This document shows positions 13,350 through 24,470 of a stretch of DNA of 64,000 nt, in pieces. Each line of letters opens with the position of its first letter. Positions within the stretch are counted from its first letter, which is position 1. Location: positions 12,693,432 to 12,757,431 of the forward strand of contig NC_092679.1 of NCBI RefSeq assembly GCF_964355755.1. The letters are read 5' to 3'. This DNA comes from Antedon mediterranea (Eukaryota; Animalia; Echinodermata). The notes beneath the pieces were generated by a model, which saw only the letters and a list, made by a program, of their open reading frames with translations, was not told where the DNA came from and made no database searches. Made by a program: the position numbers and the translations under genes.

Positions 13350-13879
13350 GGGTGGATTGCTATAAAACAGTCTTAACTGATGGTCTTAACTCCCCGATTA
13401 AAGCCGGCTTTATCAGATAGACGGTCTTATTAAAGCCACTCCTGATAGACCATTGCTATAAAACAGTCTTGGATAAGACCGCGTAAAGTAACAAATTGAG
13501 GGCGTAGTTTGCGCGTAGAATACCAAATAAGGTAATGTTCGTCACGCTTGTTCAATTCACAATCATAACAGTACGTACATTTCTACGCGAGAAAATCCAT
13601 TCTAGGCCTATATAAGAATAAAATCACCGTTATTATTTGATTTAACACTTAAAACTCGTTTAATTGGTTGTCTTTGACGATAAATAATACGTAAAAGCAA
13701 CAAAAAGAGAGGTTTAAGACTGTTTTAAGACTCCTTCGAGTAGGCTTTAATTTTAAAGACCGTTTACAGGTCAGACCGCGGTATAGCAATGGTCTATAAA
13801 TAAAGACTACTTTCTACGTCACGAATTATAGCCGGCTAAGCGCTAAGACTGTTTATAGACCACTTATAACAATCCGCCC
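13350..13879. mobile_element. PIF/Harbinger-type MITE (530 bp) inserted into a coding exon of the HECT-like gene
   Basis: TIRs GGGTGGATTGCTATAA and TTATAACAATCCGCCC, 3-bp TSD CTG (13347-13349 and 13880-13882). Excision restores the reading frame to a splice donor. Confidence 0.85.
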
Positions 13880-14331
13880 CTGGGTATTTGATCGCTTTGT
13901 GATGTATCCAATAAAATGACTTCTTTTAAGTAGAAGTAATTTTGGTTTTGCCTAGAATTAGAGCATGAACGAGACCTTGAATTATCTTGTGTTCTTCTTC
14001 TGGTGGTATTTCTTGATCTTGTTGATGGTGTGGTAAATAAACTATTCATTTCACTATTTAGATCTTGGTGTGGTCTTCTTGTAGTATTTCTATGTGCTTG
14101 AGGTTGAGCATTTGGAGTTACATTCTGAATGATTGTTAAAAAATTGTCATTTGATAGTAGGGATTTGGTTAAATTATCTATATCAGTTGTTGAAAGCGAT
14201 GCCATGGTTTTATTTTTACAGTAGTTATCTGAAACAAAACAAATTATTATTAATAATTAAATTCATCAATACAGATACAGTACTGAATTAACTATCCTAC
14301 TACACAGTACTAGTGATGAAGCTCATATTTT

Positions 14332-14737
14332 GTTACCTCCGCCAAGGAGGTTATGTTTTCACCCCTGTTGGGTGCGTGGGTGCGCGTGTGTGGGTGTGTT
14401 TGTGTGTGTGTCTGTGAACAGCCTGAAGGCCACAGTTTTTATCAGATTCTCACCAAATTTGGACACAATGATCTATGCCCCAAAAGCTCGGACGAAAAAA
14501 AAATATATAAAAATAAAAAAAACTCTCAGCGGGATTTGAACCAGGGACCTTAACTGTGAGAGGCTGGATACATAACCATTACACCAAACTCTCATCCACA
14601 ACTTTGTAGTGTGCAGTTAGCCTATTTACACTTAGAACTAATAAAAAAAATGTAAAAAAAAAACCATTTTCGGAGGGAATTTTATGTAGGGGAATTTTAC
14701 AGTAGGCGGAGGTTTGTACTCTCGGAGTACCCTCTAG
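14332..14737 (+). mobile_element. Non-autonomous Helentron/HINE-type element
   Basis: TTACCTCCGCCAAGGAGGTTA 5' end, GT-rich microsatellite, 3' subTIR GGCGGAGGT, hairpin GTACTCTCGGAGTAC and a CTAGTT end. Confidence 0.8.
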
Positions 14738-15489
14738 TTTAGATATATTTTAAAGGATTATTCTACATTACAAGAAGAAGAATAGAATATCGCATTTTGT
14801 TATTTCAGTAGTAAAATATTGATTGTTTTACCCAGGTCTAGTAGGGCTAGCTTACAACTAGCTGGGCTACTACTAGGCTAGGCCATACCCTGCAGGTTTG
14901 GCTAGCCTAACACCAGCCCTACTGCTGTTATCAACTCCAAATGTGTTAACTAACTATATCATGAATAGCAAATCTTGGATTTAGGCTTTAAGTAGGCCTC
15001 ATAAGTAGGCTCACGTCTGACCCTAAAATGTATAAACAAATAAATCCTTTTTTAAATTGATGACAGGTACAGTAAACGCTGACACTTAAGCTGCGTGATG
15101 TAGGCATTTAGCTAGTTTATGCGGTTTGCCTAGTTAGGCCTAGGCGGCACCTATATAATAGGCCTATGTATGCCTCTTGGCCTACTAGTAGACTAGCTAG
15201 CTAGGCTAGCTAGGTCCTGTACTGTTGTAGCTGTACTAGGCTAGGCTAGGCCTAGTAGGCCCTATACTGGTTTACAGCTCTAAGGAATGGGCTACTTTAC
15301 ATACTGTACTGTGTAGGCCTGCCTACCTCAACAATAGGATGACACTGACAGTTGACTATAGTATAGATAGCCCTAATCAACGATTAAAAGAAGTATGGGT
15401 ATGAATTCCAGATTCCATCCAAACATGTGGTGCATGCTCGTCTCACTTGCTGAATACCATGAGGGTGCGTAGAGGTTATTCGCAGGCGG

Positions 15490-15820
15490 TGGCAGGCCGC
15501 CGGTCATCTAGCCATTCTAGACGATAAACCCCTTTCGAGAAATGGTATGGTCTTCACGCTTGATTAGAGATCTCTAACCAAGCGTTACAAGTGTACATTC
15601 CTTGTTACAACTACATTTTAAAAGTGTACAACTACATTTTAAAAGTGTACAACTACATTTTACAAATGTACAACTACGTTTTACAATTACAAACATGCAT
15701 TTTACAAATACACACACATTTTTAGGTTTACAAATACATTTTGCAATTACACACACACACATTTTAAATGTACACATACATTTTTCAGCTACACACTTTT
15801 GCTGCTTATGGCGCCCCATA
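15490..15820 (-). repeat. Right TIR of the IS3EU-like element (palindrome at 15556-15585)
   Basis: Inverted copy of 3840-4215. The mirror ORFs 3826..4128 and 15574..15840 translate almost identically. Confidence 0.95.
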
Positions 15821-15826
15821 CGACAC

Positions 15827-17370
15827 AACCAGACATACATGTAATTACAATAAAGTACGAAAATTTTTTAAAATGGGTGTAAGATAAGGTGCGAGATAAA
15901 TTCCAGTCAAAGTATATTGTGTGAAGGAGGATAAATGGACTGGTAAAATGTGAAAGTTAAAATTATTTTACTTAGCGTGGTAATCTGTTGACAGCATGAG
16001 CTGAAGAGGATGAGATGCTCACACTGTCAAAGATGATTGCGAGGGCGCCCTGCAATCACGTGATTATTTATTCGATCTGTCAATTAATCAATCAATTAAT
16101 CGAGGATAGAAATATGATTTAACTAAATAATTAGATTTTGTATTTCAATTCTGGTCATTAAATAATTTGGGATGTCAAAACTGTGGTTGTCGAGGAGGTT
16201 AATGTTGTTTGTCCCAATACTTGCATTTACGAGGTCGATGAGGGTTACCAGGTTTTGGGCCATCGTTGCTGCTTCGCCAGGATGCAACTGTCCTCTGAGA
16301 GAGTCGAAGAGTCGAGGCAAAGAATGACTTACAAACTTGCACAGATGATCCATCCTTCAGCTTCAGCCTATACATAAATGATGACTTTCTTCTAGAAACA
16401 CCGGGAAAAACTTTCTTCTGTTTAATTTCAACCTGCAATTAACAAAATAAATTACCAATTGCTCTACTGCTTCCATTATCCAGAATAATTTTAACTCATG
16501 CTGGCCACCAATGGTTTTCTGAAAAGTTATATTAGTGTACTATATGATATTTTCATTCATTTTCCTGACTATAGCCAAAATCCAGTTCCAAATTTTCTCA
16601 ATTTTGACTGAAAGTCATGTAGTAGTGCAGACTGCAAACCACCACATACATAGATATTAGACCTTCCTCCAGCCAGATGCAAAGTAACTGTAGGCTTTCT
16701 TGTCCTTGTATGACGACATTAGCCACTTACCAAGGTCGTCTACATTGTAGATATTTTTGCATGATATTTGCCGATGTCTGTAGACATAGTTGGGGGAAAT
16801 ATTCACCGAAGACATTCTGGTTACCAATTTAACAAACTTTGATCTGGTAAAACACTATGTGGTGTTTTCAAGTAGATCTGCATACCTCTTTTGCTTTGAT
16901 TTTGCATTCTGGGTCAAGGTGTTCGGTGCTGGTGCCTGTCCAGGTGCATACAGAGCTGCATACACAAGGCTATCAACTCTTTTCTACCAGAAACTTTCAA
17001 TTTCTGTTGCCTAAAAAAAGTCCTTTAGGGCTTCCATGTTCCAATGATTAATCTCGTCGATCGATATGTTGCTCATTGTTGTTAAATGTATCGATTTTAT
17101 TTGAATTAATTATTTAATGACTAAGGGACGTAGTTCATTCTTCATCAAGTAACTGAATTTCGATTTCTGATATAAGTTGTTGAATTTTAAGTTTAACTTC
17201 AATTTGCTGTCGCTTAGGAAATGTTTTTGTCGTCTCTGCCATAGCACAAAAAAAACATCTACATCGCTCTTTCCTGTTTTTTTGCTTTTTTTGCAATTAG
17301 CTCCACTATGGCTTGTTTTCGTTGGTCTTTTACTGCTGCTGCTGGATTGTTTACTTTCTACGTCTTCATT
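15827..17370 (+). repeat. Local segmental duplication, copy 1 (continues at 3555-3833 on the other side of the IS3EU-like insertion)
   Basis: Highly similar to 18814-20670, with paired ORFs 16199..16438/19177..19410 and 16790..17014/20090..20320. Confidence 0.92.
16285..16432 (-). pseudogene. DNA-transposase N-terminal fragment, possibly Sola-type (duplicate at ~19255-19404)
   Basis: SRRKSSFMYRLKLKDGSSVQVCKSFFASTLRLSQRTV follows a TTGCAG acceptor. The RRxxSxxYxL...VCKxFFxxTLxIS pattern is recalled from invertebrate DNA transposases. Confidence 0.45.
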
Positions 17371-18091
17371 AAGATTAGTGGATGTTCTATATAAATTGAT
17401 AATGAAGTATACATAAGTATGTAAATCCGAAGTAGACTGATGATAGTTTGCATTTATGTACAGAATTGTCTTTCAGTATGTACAGTAGGTTACAGTCTAG
17501 TAATATAAACAATTAAATCAGTCAATGTACATAGAAAATCAATTTTTCTGTCCATGTGGTGTAGAACTTATTGTTTCTATAATTAATTTCCTGTACATGA
17601 ATTAAATACCTTGAATACAGTCAAATGTGATTAAAAGAAACAGTGAATTAAAAAATATTGTATTTCATGATATACTTCAGCATGTGAATATTTTGTTATT
17701 ACGATAATTGTTTTTTTTTAATTATTCATTTAACTTAAAGTTACAGAAAGAAAACAAATTTCAACTTACTCCCTAGATTTTTAAAAAGAGTCCAAAAACT
17801 CAAGAATGTTAGCATACTTGTATGCTTTTGTTGGTGTGGCCTCCTCGCCACTTTTTTGTTTGTTTACGCTTACTGTTCATGAAGGCGTCAATGATGTTAC
17901 CCCATGTTCCAATGCTTAATCTCGTCGATCGATACTTTGCTCATTGATTTTATTTTAATTAATTTAACTTTTCCAAATTTGTTTTGTATTCTTTTAACAC
18001 ACCTCTAACTGAACTTGAGATTGTGTCGAGCGGGTGTAAATGGCAACAAAATTTCCCCGGCCTTAATTTCCCCGGAAAACTCCAAAGGATT

Positions 18092-20670
18092 TGTGATTGC
18101 GCTACCCTCAGCTAATTTCAAAGGAAAATATAGCTTGTCTTGATCCTCAAATGCAAGCATTGACGAGGTGGATGGACTGTGGGCATTGTCGACTGGCGGG
18201 ATGGTGTCCCTGTGTAATGGATTTGGCTGGGGGATTTCTGAAAGAGAGGTGCTGATAGGTTTGTTGTGATTTTTTTGGCTTATTGGCCTTAATCTCGGCC
18301 ACGGAAGTTACCAGGGTTTTGACGATGTGCTTCATGTCCTTTAATTCTTTATTTATGTCAAGTTCAGGTGGCACGGTTGTAGTTTTTTTTCTTTTTTGGT
18401 GCCGTCTTTTCCGTCCTGACATGGTGTATCTGTAAGAAAATCTTTGTGTGTCTTCGAAAATCTTCGAATGTGTGTCGACGGATATCATCAAGTTGCAGAA
18501 GTGGGGCAGGGGTGTGCTGCAACCATGTTAAAGAAGATAGTTTGCCGCCGACCAAGCATCCGAATCGGTGAGGTCATTGGATCTGAGGTTGATTATCAAA
18601 ATATCTGGCTTTAATGTGACCAATCGATTTACAAAATTAGTTTATCGTTTATCTTTAGCCTGGGCACCCCAAAGAACAGTATTATCATAGTGATGGCTGA
18701 TTCGGAAGTCAGCCAAAGGCCGATGTGGTCCAAGTATGGAGCCGGAGGAATTGCCCATGATGGAATGCGAGGCTGTCGCTCAAACCAGAAAACGAATGAG
18801 TGGCCTAGGACACAACCGGACATAATTACAATAAAGTACGACAATTTAAAAAAATGGGGATCAGATAAGGTGCGAGATAAATTCCAGTCAAAGTATATTG
18901 TGTGAAGACACAAAGTCTATCAGTGTAGGAGGATAAATGGACTGGTAAAATGTGAAAGTTAAAATTATTTTACTTAGCGTGGTAATCTGTTGACAGCATG
19001 AGCTGAAGAGGATGAGATGCTCACGCTGTCAAAGATGATTGCAAGGGCGCCCTGCAATCACGTGATTATTTATTCAATCTGTCAATCAATCAATTAATTG
19101 AGGATAGAAATATGATTTAACTAAATAATTAGATTTTGTATTTCAATTCTGGTCAAAACAGTGGTTGTCGAGGAGATTAATTGTCCCAATACTTGCATTT
19201 ACGAGGTCGATGAGGGTTACCAGGTTTTGGGCCATCGTTGCTGCTTCGCCAGGATGCAACTGTCCTCTGAGAGAGTCGAAGGGTCGAGGCAAAGAATGAC
19301 TTGCAAACTTGCACAGATGATCCATCCTTCAGCTTCAGCCTATACATAAATGATGACTTTCTTCTAGAAACATCGGGCAAAACTTTCTTCTGTTTAATTT
19401 CAACCTGCAATTAAAGATGTATTGTCACCCAAAAACTTGAAAAATGAAGATTAATTAAATCAGACTTTGAATATGTTATTTTGTAGTTTTAATAAAGTTA
19501 ATCACTTCCATAGAAAAAAAAACAAAAAAAAATGTTTTCACTTATAAAATGACAAAATAAATGGTTAAATTCAACCAAAAATCCATTGGCTGGCAGCCAA
19601 TTTGACAATTTTTTGCTTTAAATTACATTTTTTTCAGGTAAATACATTTTTTTTTTCAATCCAATTTTTTGTCAAGTGGATAACTATTATTATATGTTAC
19701 ATTAAAATGGAATATTTAACAAAAAATGTTTTAAGAATTATTTTTTCAGGGGACAATACATCTTTAACAAAATAAATTACCAAATTGCTCTACTGCTTCC
19801 ATTATCCAGAATAATTATAACTCATGCTGGCCACCAATGGTTTTCTGAAAAGTAATATTAGTGTACTATATGATATTTTCATTCATTTTCCTGACTATAG
19901 CCAAAATCCAGTTCCAAATTTTCTCAATTTGGACTGAAAGTCATGTAGTAGTGCAGACTGCAAACCACCACATACATAGATATTAGACCTTCTCCAGCCA
20001 GATGCAAAGTAACTGTAGGCTTTCTTGTCCTTGTATGACGACATTAGCCATTGTAGTATTGTGGTATTTGCCGATGTCTGTAGACATAGTTGGGGGAAAT
20101 ATTCACCGAAGACATTCTGGTTACCAATTTAACAAACTTTGATCTGGTAAAACACTATGTGGTGTTTTCAAGTAGATCTGCATACCTCTTTTGCTTTGAT
20201 TTTTCATTCTGGGTCAAGGTGTTCGGTGCTGGTGCCTGTGTCCAGGTGCAGACAGAGCTGCATACACAAGGGCTATCAACTCTTCTTTTCTACCAGAAAC
20301 TTTCAATTTCTGTTGCCTAAAAAAAGTCCTTTAGGGCTTCCATGTTCCAATGATTAATCTCGTCGATCGATATGTTGCTCATTGTTGTTAAATGTATCGA
20401 TTTTATTTGAATTAATTATTTAATGACTAAGGGACGTAGTTCATTCTTCATCAAGTAACTGAATTTCGATTTCTGATATAAGTTGTTGAATTTTAAGTTT
20501 AACTTCAATTTGCTGTCGCTTAGGAAATGTTTTTGTCGTCTCTGCCATAGCACAAAAAAATACATCTACATCGCTCTTTCCTGTTTTTTTTGCTTTTTTG
20601 CAATTAGCTCCACTATGGCTTATTTTCGTTGGTCTTTTACTGCTGCTGCTGGATGGTGTACTTTCATCTT
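18092..20670 (+). repeat. Local segmental duplication, copy 2 (contains the empty IS3EU target site and a Kolobok-type MITE)
   Basis: 18092-18197 and 18650-18813 match 3555-3839, and 18814-20670 matches 15827-17370. Confidence 0.92.
19415..19763. mobile_element. Kolobok-type MITE with TTAA TSD
   Basis: TTAA|AGATGTATTGTC...GACAATACATCT|TTAA. The paralogous site at 16439-16442 has a single TTAA (empty site). Confidence 0.9.
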
Positions 20671-20672
20671 CA
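20441..20672 (-). pseudogene. BESS-motif exon fragment (MADF/Myb-BESS type; duplicate at ~17136-17345)
   Basis: KSDVDVFFCAMAETTKTFPKRQQIEVKLKIQQLISEIEIQLLDEE* fits the BESS pattern DxDxxFxxSxxxxxxxLxxxxKxxxKxxIxxxI. Confidence 0.6.
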
Positions 20673-21402
20673 TTAAATATGATGACAAAATAAATAATAA
20701 AAGCTAGCAAGTCACAGAACATGAAACTGTACAGCAAAATAAAATGTCATCATTAGCTATACTACCAATTCATTTGAATGATTGGTTCGTATGAAATAAA
20801 CGAAACATGCACGCACGTTACGAATGCAAACAGTTGATCCATCCTCTGAGCCTATGGCCTGATGCATATACACATAAGCATGTAGAGTACAGTGTATATA
20901 CAGTGTAGCATAGGTGAAATTGCGATACCCATTATGTTGAATGATGACGTTATCAAAATCAAACATGAAAAATTAAAAATGTATATGGCCTTTAAATACA
21001 ACTAATTAATTTATACAAGCTAAATAAACAATCAAGCATGCGGTTTACACGCGCATCATTTACTAAAATTAAAGTTATATTTATTTAAATTTTATGTTTA
21101 AAAAATTACCCAGTCCCCCCCCCCCCCCCCCCCCCCCCCCCGAGAATTAACAAGAAAGTTTTGAGAAAAACACGATTGAAAATTCTGAACCAATTGCTGC
21201 TATTATATTTGGTATTTTGTAACATGAAATATATATATATATAAAGGTTAGTTGAAATGAGCATGCTGTCATATTTCTGTCAGCGCGTTTACATGGAACT
21301 CTGGGTAATTAATTTTGCAGATTGACCTTTCTAACTTCAAAAGTAAACAACAATTCAGTGTAACATTGGTCTATCTGCAGTTTTCATGTTTAAACGTACT
21401 TC

Positions 21403-21780
21403 ATCATCATCATCCGTTACGCTATTCGTCTTGGGTAGACATTGCGTACGCTAATCGTTTCCATGACTCTCTTTCGATGGTCTGATGGTCTGTCATTAAT
21501 TTTGCGATCGATGTATTTGCTTTTTTGAGTTCTTTATTTATGTTTCCTATCCAGGTAGTTTTTTGGTCTGCCCACTGGTCTTTTAACTTTTCGAATGGAT
21601 TCTGTCAACGCTAATTTGGCTGGAGTGTCCATCGGAAGCCTTAGCATATGTCCGGTCCATTTGTTTTCTTTTCCTTATTATGTTTGACCATTTTAGTTCT
21701 TTCGTTCTGCTATATAGTTCTGTATTTCTGATTGTGTACGGCCACTTAATTTTTATAATTTTTCTTAATAATTAATAATA
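21403..21780 (-). mobile_element. 5'-truncated RTE-clade LINE 3' end
   Basis: The minus strand encodes WTGHMLRLPMDTPAKLALTESIRKVKRPVGRP..TTWIGNINKELKK and ends in a (GAT)n tail. Confidence 0.75.
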
Positions 21781-22619
21781 ATAATAATGGCATAATTTTC
21801 AACATAGCTTTAATGTCAACTTTCTTAGCTTTAATGTCAACTTTCTTACTTCACTAATATTTCCATCCCGTTTTGCTAGTACTGGGTCAGGCACTTCAAA
21901 CAGCTCTGCCTGTACCCTGTTATTACTGCCACGGCTTCTTGTTTTTTTGTTTTGTGACATGATATGAATGGCACATGATAGTTATTACCTTTGACCAAAA
22001 ATTGGTTCGAAAAAAAAATTAATTTAAAGAAACATATCAATCGGGATACAACACTGCAGGTTTTTGGTAAATTTCTTTAATAAGTGAAATCACATCAAAT
22101 TAAAACGAAATTAACATTTCCATGCCTTGTGCGCCCTGATTAATTCTCGGCGACTGAATTCGGTAGCTCTACAGGCCGCGTCTGCTTCTTTGTAGCTGAA
22201 GCCACATTTTTTTTTGGACTAGATAGATAATTGCTTCTTTCACGGCAACTAATCGCATATAATTGCTGGTGTTTCTTAAATGAAAAAGTAAACAATATTT
22301 ATTATATTCCATACTTCCAGGGTCGCATCGTCAAATACTCGGACCTACAAAAAGTTGTATTGGATAATAATGTAGGGTAATGGTTTACACAAAGATGTAT
22401 ATCCTGTACTTCCTTTCCCCATTTTTATATAAACAATATTGGGATTCAAAGCCTTGTGGCTGACAGTGGCAGATTGTGCACAGTATAAAATATATATTGA
22501 CTTGATTGAAACTGAAAATAGACCAAAGTACTAAAAAACAAAGTATGTATAAACTAAGCCTGGGTCACAGCAGGGTTGAAACCACAGGACACTGTAATTG
22601 GTTAACCTTGCCTTAAAGT

Positions 22620-23281
22620 TGAAGTTCTCTGGGAATAATTGACTCTACCAATTCCGCAAACTCGGTCAAAGGAGGTGGCGGTTGGCCTCCCCCCGTCTTC
22701 GTAGATTGAATTGTTTAAGGGCAAAAATTTCTTTTTTTACCACTGTTCCTTGCAATGTTTAATGGAACGAATGTCCCCAAATCTAGGGTCATGGATACGT
22801 TTCACGTATTTCCATGCCGATGTTTTGGCGTCGTTTGTCTTAAAATCGGTCTTTTTACTCTCAATAATATCTGCCTTCTCTTTAATCAACATAATTAGGT
22901 TCATTTGTTCCTCCCTGCTCCAATTCATAGTCCTTCTTTGGCCGTCCATAGTCCGCGAAATTAAATTATATTCATTTTTACGTCTGCTATAGAAAGGGAC
23001 GTAGTATACGCTATTCTATTAGAACATTACGCTTGCGTAATTTAGACGGAAACATCATGGACCACCTAGCTGCTGTAATTTAGAAGGAAACATCATGGAC
23101 AAATAGCTGCTGTAATTTTCCATGGCTTAATCCAGGACTAGTTAGTCCAGGTTTCATGAATACCATATCAAAGATAGTCCAGGATTATCCTTAGTCCTTG
23201 ACTAGATAGTCCAGAACTAAAGATAGTCCAGGACTGAAGATAGTCCAGAACTAAAGATAGTCCCCTTTCATGAATACGGAA
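22620..23281 (-). mobile_element. PIF/Harbinger relic: Myb/SANT-like DNA-binding protein exon plus element end
   Basis: ORF 22737..22949 reads RRTMNWSREEQMNLIMLIKEKADIIESKKTD...KTSAWK...RSIKHCKEQW, followed by TGGGQPPPP. Subterminal GATAGTCC repeats and TTTCATGAATAC motifs lie at 23152-23281. Confidence 0.7.
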
Positions 23282-23289
23282 CAAAGAGA

Positions 23290-24470
23290 CCTTCGAGATG
23301 ATAGTAACCATGGAAACAAGAAGGGCTATACAATGAAGGTCATTCAAACCCAACATTCCAGCCCCTAAATGCGGAATATTATATAGCATTTACACTTAAA
23401 CAAATTAAAAAATGGGTTTGAATCAATTTATGAAATTATTAAACTATTAAAATTAATACATAAACATAATTTTGAAACATCATTGGAAATCTCGAGCAGT
23501 ACTATCTTGTTGATTGGTCGTATAAGTGTTGATGATGCAGTCTTCAACTTCACAGATCGCACAAAAGTTCATCATTTAAATTTGCATACGCTTCGATAAC
23601 GCTACCAAGTGGCCAATTACTTCTGGGCATGTTCTCATCGAGCACCAGCACGATATCGTTAACTTGTATATTACGCTGAGTTTTGTTCCATTTTTTGACG
23701 TTCTTGTAGAGATGGTATCTATCATTCTGAGTAATTTTAGCAGGCGGAACTCTTGTTCACCTTTCTTACAGTCCTTATACATCTTTCCATACATCTCTGT
23801 GGTGTGAGCCAGCTGGAGGGTTGAATCTCCACTTGATGTGACGTTGTAACAAGAAATCATGAATGGTGTCTTGATTCCACTCTGCAATTGTTGTTCGTAA
23901 CTCTTTCTCACTCTTAACAAAATTGGCACCATTGTCAGAGCGAATTTCTTCCGGCATCCCTCTTCTTGCGATGAATCACCTTAGTGCATTTATAAACGAG
24001 TTGGTGTTCAACGATTGTGTAACTTCCAAATTGACGGCTTTAATAGAAAGAAAATAAAAATGACACCATACCTTTTGACTTCTGATCTACCTCTCTTTAC
24101 CATAAAAGGTCCGAAACAATTGACTCCAACATAAGTAAATGGCGGTTTAGCCAGAGTCACTAGATCAATTGGCATCTTTTGACTTGCCACAAGAGCTTGC
24201 AACTTTCTGCACTTTAAACATCTTCTGACTATAGCTTTTACATTGACTCTACCGTTCACTGGCCAAAACTTTTCTCGAAGTAGTGCTGTTCTTTCGAATT
24301 TCTAGATTTTTCTCAAGATAACTCTTCTTTTAACGCTCGTTTCTGCAAGTACTTAAAGATTGCCTTTTCCGACTTTCGCAACTCTTCTACTGTTATTGGC
24401 TCAACATTGATAGATACAATTCTTCCTTATCTGACTTATTAGGAACAACCACCATTCATGAACCTACCTG
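23290..24470 (-). mobile_element. BEL/Pao LTR retrotransposon integrase relic
   Basis: CLKCRK...PPFTYVGVNCFGPFMVKRGRSEVKRYGVIF, MPEEIRSDNGANFV and WRFNPPAGSH. A purine tract and TGT LTR start lie near 23365-23355. Confidence 0.88.

Larger units (their letters stand above)
10471..14205 (-). pseudogene. Second gene of the element: spliced, probable HECT-type E3 ubiquitin ligase-like protein, internally deleted and interrupted
   Basis: Exon 14205-13315 is split by a MITE; removing it restores ...SDQIPRANYYGKLDEKG followed by a GT donor. Exons 11607-11496 (HVYHHVELEQCMTAKEVYKKLENMF...) and 10959-10740 (FEFMIGMGSRL...LYGNKRVYLLPSRD) follow, with phase-consistent GT-AG junctions. ORF 10471-10686 (EWLREAINEMSCQELTCMLKFCTS) resembles the HECT C-lobe. 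The catalytic Cys region was not recognised. Confidence 0.6.
3840..15820 (+). mobile_element. IS3EU-like DNA transposon (11,981 bp) with long TIRs, 6-bp TSD, DDE transposase and convergent HECT-like gene
   Basis: Termini are TATGGGGCGCCATAAGCAGC and GCTGCTTATGGCGCCCCATA. TSD CGACAC lies at 3834-3839 and 15821-15826. The flanks rejoin into a sequence found uninterrupted at 18790-18830. The superfamily name rests on recalled IS3EU hallmarks (TAY..RTA ends, 6-bp TSD, IS3-like transposase). Confidence 0.88.

Noticed and set aside
3840-15820. Polinton/Maverick (long TIRs, 6-bp TSD, integrase)
   Set aside because: No AG..CT termini and no pPolB, ATPase, protease or capsid fragments. The transposase is spliced and IS3EU-like.
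21115-21141. Poly-C run (also 26879-26892) as a G-quadruplex element
   Set aside because: Simple homopolymers with no supporting context, and their length is unreliable in assemblies.
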